This document shows, piece after piece, positions 1 through 10,664 of a DNA stretch of 34,932 nucleotides; position 1 is the first letter of the stretch, and each line of letters begins with the position of its first letter. A program made the translations under genes and the position numbers. The notes under the pieces were generated by a model. It made no database searches, was not told the DNA's origin, and worked only from the letters and a program-made list of their open reading frames with translations. The DNA is taken from the sequence record SRR2962707_5101, one strand, 5' to 3'.

Positions 1-76
1 GTTTAAGGGCTCTGACCCTAGTCGCAACCGGAAAACTAGCTAACGCTAAATTGTTTAAAGGTATCTGACCCCTTTT
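1..76. repeat. Two degenerate copies of a short palindromic GGG.TCTGACCC-type element (REP-like)
   Basis: GTTTAAGGGCTCTGACCCTA at 1-20 and GTTTAAAGGTATCTGACCCCTT at 53-74 are direct repeats of each other and each is an imperfect palindrome; located just beyond the stop of the 92..1369 gene. Confidence 0.45.
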
Positions 77-91
77 ACTTCAGCTCAGCTT

Positions 92-1369
92 CTATGACAC
101 TCTGGTCACCAGCAATTGCTCAACCCGAATGCCGTCTAGATCTAATACCTCAAATTTGAAGTCTTGGTAGATAAAGGCATCGGTTCGTTTTGGAACGCGT
201 TTTAACTGGTGAATTACAAATCCTGCGATTGTTTCGTATTGATTTCGGTCTGGGAAGGTTTCGATCTCCAAGCTACGCATGACATCGCTAACAGGCGTGA
301 GTCCTTCAATGAGCCATGAGTTGCTGTCGCGTTGGACGATTTGTTCTTCGTCTTGCGGGGTGATTAGGTCGCCCATGAAGCTGCTGAGTAAGTCTTTCAC
401 TGTCACTAAGCCGACGACTGTTCCGTACTCGTTCACTATCACTGCAAAGGGCTGAGGAGCGACTTTAAACGCATTCAAGGCTTCGGAGAGGGTTAGTGTT
501 TCCGGTAGGTAGAAAATGTCTTTATCGATCTGCGCTGGCGCTATGCTGGCGGGTTCTCCTTTGAGTACCATCCGCAGTATTTCCTTCGATTCAATTACCC
601 CTAAAATTTTATCTAAGTTGCCGTCGCATACTAAAAAGTCATTATGCGGGTGCTCGATGATTTTTTGACTGATGTCTGCGCTGCTTTCTTGCGCGTCAAA
701 ATAAATGATTTGTTCGCGGGGGGTCATCGCGCTGCCGATCGTAAGGCTGTCTAATTCAAACACATTACCAATGAGTTGATATTCTTGCTTTTGCAAGCTG
801 CCGTCTTCTGCACCGGCGTCCATCATAGCGACAATATCTTCTGTTGTGACTAATTCTTCGCGCTTAGTTGGCAGGTTTAGAAGGCGTAGTATGGCATTGG
901 TCAAACCATTAAATAAAAACACCAGAGGCGTCAGGATAAGTGTAATCCAGCGCATGGGAGTGACCATTTTGATGGCCACTGCTTCTGGCATTATGATGGC
1001 TAGGCGTTTAGGTAATAAATCTGCAAACAAGATAAACAAAGAAGTTAGACATAAGAAAGATAAGGTAAAGCTGATTTGTTCTAATAAGTGGCCCTGATAC
1101 ACTAGGCTGATCAGTCGCTTCATATGTGGGGTGAGTGCTTGCTCACCGATAATGCCACCCATTATAGATATGCCATTCAGTGCAATTTGAATCATCGCAA
1201 AAAATGCGCCAGGGTTCTGCTGTAATGACAACACCGCATCTGCTTTGTTATTGCCATCTTCTGCCATCATCCGCAGTTTAATTTTTCTGGCGGCTGCCAT
1301 GCCAATTTCCGCCATCGCAAACATTGCACTGAGCATAATCAGCAGGCCAATTCCCAATAAATCACTCAT
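92..1369 (-). CDS. CNNM (DUF21)-CBS-CorC 'hemolysin family' membrane protein, PaeA/YtfL-like
   Basis: N-terminal SAMFAMAEIG...ARK and LLPKRLA DUF21 motifs, CBS pair (VNEYGTVVGLVTVKDL), C-terminal CorC domain (YETIAGF); ATG at 1369 preceded by GAGGTGGT RBS. Confidence 0.9.
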   Translation of the reverse strand: MSDLLGIGLLIMLSAMFAMAEIGMAAARKIKLRMMAEDGNNKADAVLSLQQNPGAFFAMIQIALNGISIMGGIIGEQALTPHMKRLISLVYQGHLLEQISFTLSFLCLTSLFILFADLLPKRLAIIMPEAVAIKMVTPMRWITLILTPLVFLFNGLTNAILRLLNLPTKREELVTTEDIVAMMDAGAEDGSLQKQEYQLIGNVFELDSLTIGSAMTPREQIIYFDAQESSADISQKIIEHPHNDFLVCDGNLDKILGVIESKEILRMVLKGEPASIAPAQIDKDIFYLPETLTLSEALNAFKVAPQPFAVIVNEYGTVVGLVTVKDLLSSFMGDLITPQDEEQIVQRDSNSWLIEGLTPVSDVMRSLEIETFPDRNQYETIAGFVIHQLKRVPKRTDAFIYQDFKFEVLDLDGIRVEQLLVTRVS

Positions 1370-1473
1370 AACCACCTCATACATAAAAAAACACTTGAAG
1401 CCGTGTTTTGGCACAGTGGAAAAGCGCTGTGAGAATACCCATTGACGACATTTTCTAAATAGAAAACAGTCGC

Positions 1474-1501
1474 ATTATAGAAGTAAATGCACGCTGAGCA
1501 A
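1474..1501 (-). promoter_or_regulatory. Putative sigma-70 promoter for the CNNM gene
   Basis: Minus strand TTGCTC-N16-TATAAT. Confidence 0.5.
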
Positions 1502-1533
1502 CTATTAAAAAGAGATTTAAAATAGGCATAGAG

Positions 1534-1558
1534 AAAGCCTTATAAACACAGGCTTTTT
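1534..1558. terminator. Putative intrinsic terminator downstream of LysR gene
   Basis: AAAGCCT-N9-AGGCTTT inverted repeat flanked by A/T runs. Confidence 0.5.
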
Positions 1559-1609
1559 AGACCTTTTGTGTGTGTTATTCAGATCTTTTCTAAGCGTGAT
1601 TTTTACTTT

Positions 1610-2569
1610 CTACGACCAAAGATTTGTTGCTTGGGTATGTGTATTTAGGGCGCTTGCTTCGTTGAGAATCCATTGCTTAATTTCCTTGATAGCGGTTTCA
1701 TTTCGTCTGGACGTTTTGTATGAAAAGAAAAAGTGCTCATGGGTCTGGATATGGTGTGTTGGAATTCTAACTAATGGGCTGTTTGTGTCCTTTTCGTTAA
1801 ACATGTAGTCATTCACTAGGGCGATGCCGAGGGAGTGTTTGGCAGCTTCATAAGCCAATAGTAAATGACTAAATTTGTGGAATTTAACATTGCTAGGAAT
1901 GGCTGAGTTTCGTTCTAGAAACCAGCTCCGCCAGTCTTCCGTATACTCCTTATAAATACCGTAAGAAGTGATAAGCGGGAAACCTTCTAGTAGCTCAGGC
2001 TTGCTTTTAAGTTGTTCTTTTAGCTCTTCTGATGTCAAGTTAAGGGTGTTTTTGATCTCTTCATAAAAAGCGTGGCTGCAAACAGGAAATAAGGTTTCCT
2101 GATATAAAAGAGTCGACTCGAACCCTCTTTTTTCTTGGTCTGTGGTGATAAAGCAATCTGCTGTTTTGTCAGATAGCTCGGGGGCCCCGTGAGTCATGGT
2201 GATGGTTATGTCTAGATTAGGGTGCTTATGTTGTAAGTCTGATAAGCGTGGCATTAGCCAGCAAACAGCAAAAGAACTGTAGACAGCGATTCTTATCTTG
2301 GTGTCTTCTTCCCCTCGTATTTGGTTGCTGGCCCGAGCAATATGAGACAGAGAGCTACTGATGGCGTCGAGGTAGTTTTTACCTTCTTGTGTCAGTGTGA
2401 GATAGCGTCCTTGGCGCTGAAATAAGCTTTCCCCAAGATAATCTTCGAGCGCTCTAATTTGGTGTGATACGGCGCTTTGGCTAACGTTCAGCTCTGCGGC
2501 CGCTCGAGAGAAGCTATTTAATCGAGCGACGGACTCAAAAACGGGTAAGGTTTTTAGTGGCGGAAGCAT
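1610..2569 (-). CDS. LysR-family transcriptional regulator, GcvA-like
   Basis: MLPPLKTLPVFESVARLNSFSRAAAELNVSQSAVSHQIRALEDYLG HTH; GcvA-type substrate-binding domain (WLMPRL, WRSW); ATG at 2569 preferred over TTG at 2581. Confidence 0.92.
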   Translation of the reverse strand: MLPPLKTLPVFESVARLNSFSRAAAELNVSQSAVSHQIRALEDYLGESLFQRQGRYLTLTQEGKNYLDAISSSLSHIARASNQIRGEEDTKIRIAVYSSFAVCWLMPRLSDLQHKHPNLDITITMTHGAPELSDKTADCFITTDQEKRGFESTLLYQETLFPVCSHAFYEEIKNTLNLTSEELKEQLKSKPELLEGFPLITSYGIYKEYTEDWRSWFLERNSAIPSNVKFHKFSHLLLAYEAAKHSLGIALVNDYMFNEKDTNSPLVRIPTHHIQTHEHFFFSYKTSRRNETAIKEIKQWILNEASALNTHTQATNLWS

Positions 2570-2585
2570 TTCATTATCCAAAAAA

Positions 2586-2600
2586 CTAATAGTTAATTAG
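2586..2600. promoter_or_regulatory. LysR recognition box (T-N11-A palindrome)
   Basis: CTAAT-AGTTA-ATTAG between divergent LysR and DMT genes. Confidence 0.6.
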
Positions 2601-2676
2601 GATATATCATTTTATTGGTGTCGTAATCAATATTACACTGCCGCGATCAGTAATCTTGTTTATACGGTGAGCGGTT

Positions 2677-3573
2677 ATGTCAGGGCGTACTATTGGAAGT
2701 GCTATTTTCATTCTTGTATTAGGGAATTTGTTTGCAACTTTCTGTGATGTATTTATCAAGCTTGCAGGAAGTAATGTGCCGATATTCCAGTTTACTTTTA
2801 TGCGATTGGTGATGATTTGTATCGTATTAACCCCGCTTGCAATAAAGCATGTTTCATCCGATTGTTTTGCAGGGTTCAAGTTGCATTTTATCAGAGGGAA
2901 TCTGTGGATTTTGGCGAGTATTCTGTTGATAGTTTCATTGTCTGAATTGCCATTAGCGACAGCCAATGCGGTATTTTACATTGCCCCCATCTTAATCGTT
3001 CTGTTTGCCGGTATATTTTTTAAAGAGAAAATTACCCTAGGTGTTATGTGTGCGGCTTTGTCTGGTTTCATGGGGGTGCTTATTATCTTAAGGCCAACCG
3101 ATATTAACTGGGGCATGATAAGTGCCGTTTTGTTTGCCGTTGTATTGGCGACAAACAGTTTGCTCATTCGTAAATTGCCAAAAGAACAGAATTTATTTTT
3201 TGGCTTGTTCGTTATGCACCTATGTGCTTTGCCAGTATCTGCAGGTCTAATGCTGTGGGAGGCAGAACCACTAAACTTTGATGGCTTTAGCTATGCGATG
3301 GGGTCGGCGATGTGCTCTATTTTATACAGCTTAGCGTGTCTAAAAGGTTATCGTTATGTTGCATCAAGCCAGGTGAGCAGTGCCGAATACTCAGGTTTAG
3401 TGTTTGCTGCGTTACTAGGTTGGTTGATGTTCGGTGAGTCTATCGATGTGTTTTTAATAATTGGCACTCTGTTTATTGTTCTACCCTTGGTGCTGTTAAG
3501 TCATAGGGATATGAAAAAACGCAAGGCAGAAGAGCGTTTGTCTGTGGTTCGCGCTCAGCTTGATGCTGGCTGA
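2677..3573 (+). CDS. DMT/EamA-family transporter
   Basis: About 10 hydrophobic helices in two EamA repeats; LPLATANAVFYIAP, FFKEKI, GVLIILRP, GWLMFGE motifs. Confidence 0.9.
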   Translation: MSGRTIGSAIFILVLGNLFATFCDVFIKLAGSNVPIFQFTFMRLVMICIVLTPLAIKHVSSDCFAGFKLHFIRGNLWILASILLIVSLSELPLATANAVFYIAPILIVLFAGIFFKEKITLGVMCAALSGFMGVLIILRPTDINWGMISAVLFAVVLATNSLLIRKLPKEQNLFFGLFVMHLCALPVSAGLMLWEAEPLNFDGFSYAMGSAMCSILYSLACLKGYRYVASSQVSSAEYSGLVFAALLGWLMFGESIDVFLIIGTLFIVLPLVLLSHRDMKKRKAEERLSVVRAQLDAG

Positions 3574-4160
3574 GTAAGCGTTTGGATCATTTGTTCTGTC
3601 ATAGCTTGAATGTCATTTCGATCTAAATAGATACCATCAATGAGTAATCGGCTTAATCCGTGCAAGCTAGCCCAGCTGGCTTGCCCGACTCTTAAAGCGG
3701 AATTGTTGCTGGGTAATACCCTGTCTTCTTGAAGCTGCTCTACCCAGTCCAACCAGCGTTTAAAAGTCTGCTTTGATGCGTCTTTTAGGCTGCTCGTTGG
3801 CGTTCCTGTTTTCCAAATCAAGCGTCCATACATGAGGTCATACACTTCGCGTTGGGTGTCCGCAAATTCAATGTACTGATAGACATAGCGATGAAAGCGC
3901 TTTTCGGATGCTTCATGGCTGGAGAGTAGTGATTGCAGCCTGGCCTCTTGCGCTTTGAAGCCAGCTTCAGCAATGGCGCATAAGAGTTCATTTTTGTCTT
4001 TAAAGTGGTGATAGGGTGCGGTTCTAGACACCCCCACTTTGTCGGCTAATTTGCGCATGGATAAGCCCTCGACGCCTTCTTCTTGAAGTATGTCTGAGGC
4101 CGCTTTGATAAGGGAGCTTATCAGGTCGCCGTGATGGTAGGTTTTCTTTTGAATTGTCAT
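3555..4160 (-). CDS. TetR/AcrR-family regulator (YHHGDL / WHG-like C-terminal type)
   Basis: YHHGDL start, LSMRKLADKVGVSRTAPYHHFKDK HTH, WASLHGL C-terminal motif; divergent from fadH. Confidence 0.92.
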   Translation of the reverse strand: MTIQKKTYHHGDLISSLIKAASDILQEEGVEGLSMRKLADKVGVSRTAPYHHFKDKNELLCAIAEAGFKAQEARLQSLLSSHEASEKRFHRYVYQYIEFADTQREVYDLMYGRLIWKTGTPTSSLKDASKQTFKRWLDWVEQLQEDRVLPSNNSALRVGQASWASLHGLSRLLIDGIYLDRNDIQAMTEQMIQTLTQPASS

Positions 4161-4179
4161 GTGAAGATTAAAACGTCTA

Positions 4180-4225
4180 ATCTTGACAGTGTCAAAATAA
4201 AATTCTATCTTGACGTTGTCTAGAT
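4180..4225. promoter_or_regulatory. Tandem palindromic operators, probably for the adjacent TetR
   Basis: ATCTTGACAGTGTCAAAAT (4180-4198) and ATCTTGACGTTGTCTAGAT (4207-4225). Confidence 0.75.
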
Positions 4226-4257
4226 TTGGTTTTACACCATTTCCAAATGAACAATAA

Positions 4258-6303
<2,046 letters not shown>

Positions 6304-6345
6304 CTATTAGGCTAATGACTCGCGACGGCAGTCACTAGGATTACA

Positions 6346-7674
6346 TTAACCGTCGCTTTGCAATAATTCATTTAGATGTTGTAAGCGACTGTTGATTTTT
6401 TCTCTATCAAGGTCAATGAAGTTTTGTTGCTTTAACCCGTGTTCGATCATGTGTTTTTGGTGACGGACAAAGGCCCAATGGGAGGGTTCGCGAGCTTGTT
6501 CAGCGATGCAGGCTAGCCCTTCTAATTGGCGTAAGCACACCGCCAAGCAGTTTGGCGAGTACTGACGTATTTGGTCATATGCGGTGTTTGCGAGCCCTTC
6601 AAAAGACGTTACTTTGTAATTTATGCGCTTAACTCCTTCGCGGTCAAACGCGATGCCTTGTGGGAACGTCTCCTGGGTAAGGTCGCAAATCATGGCGGTA
6701 AGTTTGTCGACACAGGCGATGGCTGAGTAGGGGTCATTGATGCCCGGAGACAGGGCTCTTAATGCGATTTCGACTAATTGATCGACGGCAAATTCAGGGT
6801 CCTGTATTGGGGTTCGTTTGGAACCGAATGTGAAGCAGTCGTGTAAGCTTTTTTCGTCGACAATGGACAGTTCCTTGATTGTTGAGCGCATGCTTGTCTT
6901 GCGATTGACGACAAAGTCTCCAGGAGCCACAAGCACTTCAAGATAACCATCTAGTTTACTCATCAAGGCGGTTAATTGGTCGTAGTTGATGGCTTGCACA
7001 TAACCGCATTGAGGACTTTTTAATAGCAGGGGTGAGGCGCTTTTTGTTGCTATATGATCGTCTTGGGTTGTGCTTTCCTTTTCTTTTTGTTGATCAAAGA
7101 TTTTCTCGATGCTGTTTTGCAGTTCTGAATAAACGTTGTCGATAATGTGGTCTGATTGGAGATTCTGAGCAACGTGATGAATGAAATAGATGAGCAAAAG
7201 AATGCCAAACAGCGTCATCATTGCGGCGCCAGCGATGCTTAAACCTGGTAGAAAAGCTGGCTCGGCGAAGTTGTCTGTCATGCGGGTTAAAATCAAACAA
7301 TAAACAAACAGCGAGATAAACACTCCTAATACAACTTGAGTGCTGATGTCTTCCATGAAATTGCGGATGAGCCGCGGGCCAAACTGAGAAGAAGCATTGG
7401 TCAGGGCCACTATGGTAATGGAAAAGGTGATACTCACGACTGTCATCACGCTACTGGCAATGGTGGTGAGCAGGCTGCGAATAATGTCAGGGTCTGAATG
7501 ATAGAGGAAATGCAGCCAATGAGTACGATGAAGGTCGCTGTATAGATCAATACTGAGCAATAGTGCACAAGTAAACAGAGTGCCTAATAAAATCAAGCAA
7601 GGGGTAAACCAGAAGCTGGTTTTGACGGCATCATAGGTTTTTAGCAGTTGAGTGCTGTTTATTATCGACAACAA
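6346..7674 (-). CDS. DUF2254-family predicted membrane protein
   Basis: SFWF.P, SITIVALTNASSQFGPRL, FIHH, RTPIQDPEFAVDQLVEIALRALSPGINDP motifs typical of the family; TTG start with AAGGGG RBS. Confidence 0.85.
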   Translation of the reverse strand: MLSIINSTQLLKTYDAVKTSFWFTPCLILLGTLFTCALLLSIDLYSDLHRTHWLHFLYHSDPDIIRSLLTTIASSVMTVVSITFSITIVALTNASSQFGPRLIRNFMEDISTQVVLGVFISLFVYCLILTRMTDNFAEPAFLPGLSIAGAAMMTLFGILLLIYFIHHVAQNLQSDHIIDNVYSELQNSIEKIFDQQKEKESTTQDDHIATKSASPLLLKSPQCGYVQAINYDQLTALMSKLDGYLEVLVAPGDFVVNRKTSMRSTIKELSIVDEKSLHDCFTFGSKRTPIQDPEFAVDQLVEIALRALSPGINDPYSAIACVDKLTAMICDLTQETFPQGIAFDREGVKRINYKVTSFEGLANTAYDQIRQYSPNCLAVCLRQLEGLACIAEQAREPSHWAFVRHQKHMIEHGLKQQNFIDLDREKINSRLQHLNELLQSDG

Positions 7675-7811
7675 AAACGCCCCTTACTCTGTAGGTTATG
7701 TGTGGTTAAGGAGGGAACGAGAAGTGCACTTGCCTCGGTGTGTGAATACCCCCGTTTTTAGTGGCAAGGCGCTGGGTCGCTACATGCCTCTAAATGCCTT
7801 CATGAGTCCAG

Positions 7812-8336
7812 TTATTTTTTCTCATTAGGTTCGCCTGTTTTTAATAGTTTTAACAAATCTTCTCTTTCTAGGCTGCCTTTAAGCGCTAAATCCAATTGGT
7901 ATTGGTATTTGTTGTTCCAGTCGCGGGTGCCAGAAGTGAGTTTCGTCAGGTCTTCCATCGCGGCTTTCATGACTTTGAGATAGGCTTGAATGTTATTTTC
8001 TTGGTCTATCAAGATATTCTTCAGGGCGGTTGAACTGCTGTGTCGTAAATACAGTTTTAATATATCGTTCTCTGCTTTTACCGCTTGAATGGCTTGATTC
8101 TGTGAGGCAATGGATTCTTGTAGAGAGCTTAGTTGTTGCTTTAGGTTATTTTCCGGTTCTTCGGTGGCGACTTGAGTGTCCTTCGGCATGAGAAAATACG
8201 TAGTAGCAACAGACGCGGCCACGCTAAAAACAAAGCAGAGAAAAAAAGCGAGTAGGGTCTTTCCGCTTTTTTTGCTGGGAGCACTGTCGTTGCTTGCTTC
8301 AACTTCGGCCTTCGCGGCGTCTTTTTTATTTGCCAT
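7812..8336 (-). CDS. Hypothetical single-pass membrane protein with coiled coil (FliL-like N-terminal anchor)
   Basis: GGAGG RBS then ATG at 8336; charged N-terminus, KK + hydrophobic helix (LLAFFLCFVFSVAASVATTYFL), heptad-rich Q/L/E region. Confidence 0.8.
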   Translation of the reverse strand: MANKKDAAKAEVEASNDSAPSKKSGKTLLAFFLCFVFSVAASVATTYFLMPKDTQVATEEPENNLKQQLSSLQESIASQNQAIQAVKAENDILKLYLRHSSSTALKNILIDQENNIQAYLKVMKAAMEDLTKLTSGTRDWNNKYQYQLDLALKGSLEREDLLKLLKTGEPNEKK

Positions 8337-8384
8337 GTTTTCCTCCAATGGTGCCCTTGTGTGATGGTTGGCGCTTACATTGTT

Positions 8385-8411
8385 CTATCGGCACCTTGCA
8401 CTGAGATTTTA
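8385..8411 (-). promoter_or_regulatory. Sigma-28 (FliA)-type promoter
   Basis: Minus strand TAAA-ATCTCAGTGCAAGGT(15 nt)-GCCGATAG, about 50 nt upstream of the ATG at 8336. Confidence 0.75.
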
Positions 8412-8565
8412 GTGTCGTCAAGGTTATGGCTGTTTATTGTGTTTTACAGGGTGTTTCTTTGCCAATTGTTGAAATGTTGAGAATTCAAGGCATTGTTCGA
8501 GTCAGTGGTTTAGTTTTTCCTTTACTCCACGTAAAATACGCGCACCGAGATATTGGGATGAATTA

Positions 8566-8615
8566 ATAACCTACTAAAATACTCAGGTAAATACTTGATC
8601 AAAACAGTAGGTTTT
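8566..8615 (+). promoter_or_regulatory. Two adjacent 25-bp IscR type-1 binding sites
   Basis: ATAACCTACTAAAATACTCAGGTAA / ATACTTGATCAAAACAGTAGGTTTT, same back-to-back layout as the autoregulatory sites of enterobacterial iscR promoters. Confidence 0.85.
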
Positions 8616-8658
8616 GTGTATTATTTGTTCTGAATAAATACTCTTAATTGGATAGCTT

Positions 8659-9150
8659 ATGCGCCTGACAACAAAAGGTCGTTATGCCGTAACCGCCATG
8701 CTTGATTTGGCGTTACATTCTGATCACGGCCCTGTGTCGTTATCCGATATCTCTAATCGACAAGCAATCTCTTTATCTTACTTAGAGCAACTTTTTGCAA
8801 AATTGCGTAAGCAAGCATTGGTGACCAGTGTGCGCGGTCCTGGCGGAGGATACCGTTTAAGCCGAGCTCGTGATGAAATCTTTGTTGCGCAGATTGTTGA
8901 TGCTGTAAATGAATCTGTCGATGCGACTGGCTGCAAAGGGAAAAGCGATTGCCAGGGCGGCAACACTTGTCTTACACACCATTTGTGGTGTGATTTAAGT
9001 GACCAAATACATGATTTCTTAAATCAAATTAGTTTAGAGCAATTAGTGCGGCGAAATGACGTTCGACAGGTTGCTGAACGGCAGAATTCAGAGGGTCGTC
9101 AAGCGGCGCGTTCGAGTGAAGATAAAATCAGCGCGGCTATTGTTGGCTAG
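8659..9150 (+). CDS. iscR: Fe-S cluster assembly transcription factor IscR
   Basis: [36 protein letters not shown]5-C-X5-C-X2-H cluster ligands. Confidence 0.97.
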   Translation: MRLTTKGRYAVTAMLDLALHSDHGPVSLSDISNRQAISLSYLEQLFAKLRKQALVTSVRGPGGGYRLSRARDEIFVAQIVDAVNESVDATGCKGKSDCQGGNTCLTHHLWCDLSDQIHDFLNQISLEQLVRRNDVRQVAERQNSEGRQAARSSEDKISAAIVG

Positions 9151-9214
9151 AGCGACGTAGAAAATTGGTGTGTTTATACCAACGCACCTGTTCCGATAAA
9201 AAGTGAGTTTTAAT

Positions 9215-10651
9215 ATGACTGAGCAGATAGATAAAGCGCTGGCGCGAGAATATGAAGCCGGGTTTGTGTCTGATGTGGAATCAGAAACGTTTTTGCCAGG
9301 ATTGGATGAAGATGTCATTCGCCGTATTTCAGGAATGAAGAACGAACCTGAATGGATGCTTGAGTGGCGCCTGAGTGCATTTCGTGAATGGCTAGAGATG
9401 GAAGAGCCGGATTGGGCTCATGTGGATTACCCTAAAATCGACTTCCAATCTATTTCTTACTATTCTGCACCAAAAAGTATGAAGGACAAACCTAAGTCAT
9501 TGGACGAGGTTGACCCTGAACTACTGCGTACCTACGAGAAACTAGGTATTCCTCTCATTGAGCAGCAAATGCTGGCTGGTATTGCGGTCGATGCGGTTTT
9601 TGACTCCGTATCGGTTGTTACCACCTTTCGTGACAAGCTAGAAGAAGCGGGTGTTATTTTCTGTCCGATTTCAGAAGCCATTCAAAAATACCCAGAGCTA
9701 GTGAAAAAGTACCTAGGTAGTGTGGTTCCGAAAAAAGACAACTATTTCGCAGCGCTAAACTGTGCGGTCTTTACCGATGGTTCTTTTGTGTACATTCCAA
9801 AAGGCACGCGTTGCCCAATGGAATTGTCGACGTATTTCCGTATTAATGAACAAAACACCGGTCAATTTGAGCGTACCTTGATTATTGCCGACGAAGGCAG
9901 TCATGTGAGCTACCTAGAAGGTTGTACAGCGCCTCAGCGTGATGAAAATCAATTGCACGCCGCGGTGGTTGAGTTGGTTGCGTTGGACGATGCTGAAATC
10001 AAATACTCAACGGTACAAAACTGGTATCCAGGCGATGAAGACGGTAAAGGCGGTATTTTTAACTTCGTTACCAAACGAGGCATTTGCCATACCAATGCCA
10101 AAATTTCTTGGACACAAGTAGAAACCGGTTCTTCTGTTACTTGGAAATACCCAAGCTGTATTTTGAAAGGTGACAACAGTGTTGGTGAGTTCTACTCCGT
10201 TGCCCTGACTCGTGGACGCCAGCAGGCGGATACGGGTACCAAGATGATTCACCTTGGTAAAAATACTCGCTCGACCATTATCTCTAAAGGTATTTCGGCG
10301 GGTAAGAGTAACAACAGCTACCGTGGCCTAGTTCGAATGAACCCAGGCGCGAAAGGCGCTCGTAACTTTACCCAGTGTGACTCCTTATTGATCGGCGATC
10401 AATGTGGCGCCCATACCTTCCCTTATATTGAAAGCCGTAATCCATCGGCGATCATTGAGCATGAAGCGACGACGTCTAAAGTCAGCGATGAGCAGATGTT
10501 TTTATGTCGTCAGCGAGGCTTAGACCCAGAAAAAGCGGTCTCAATGATAGTGAATGGCTTCTGTAAGGAAGTGTTCAAAGAATTACCAATGGAATTTGCC
10601 GTTGAAGCGGGCAAGTTACTAGAAATTAGCCTTGAAGGCTCTGTAGGTTAA
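9215..10651 (+). CDS. sufB: Fe-S cluster assembly protein SufB
   Basis: [65 protein letters not shown]. Confidence 0.97.
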   Translation: MTEQIDKALAREYEAGFVSDVESETFLPGLDEDVIRRISGMKNEPEWMLEWRLSAFREWLEMEEPDWAHVDYPKIDFQSISYYSAPKSMKDKPKSLDEVDPELLRTYEKLGIPLIEQQMLAGIAVDAVFDSVSVVTTFRDKLEEAGVIFCPISEAIQKYPELVKKYLGSVVPKKDNYFAALNCAVFTDGSFVYIPKGTRCPMELSTYFRINEQNTGQFERTLIIADEGSHVSYLEGCTAPQRDENQLHAAVVELVALDDAEIKYSTVQNWYPGDEDGKGGIFNFVTKRGICHTNAKISWTQVETGSSVTWKYPSCILKGDNSVGEFYSVALTRGRQQADTGTKMIHLGKNTRSTIISKGISAGKSNNSYRGLVRMNPGAKGARNFTQCDSLLIGDQCGAHTFPYIESRNPSAIIEHEATTSKVSDEQMFLCRQRGLDPEKAVSMIVNGFCKEVFKELPMEFAVEAGKLLEISLEGSVG

Positions 10652-10664
10652 GGAATTATTGAAG

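Noticed and set aside
9173-9199. TCCGATAA between iscR and sufB as a sigma-28 promoter
   Set aside because: Both elements mismatched (TTTA / TCCGATAA) and too close to the start codon.
9215-10651. Intein in SufB
   Set aside because: The 478-aa length and continuous motifs leave no room for an insertion.
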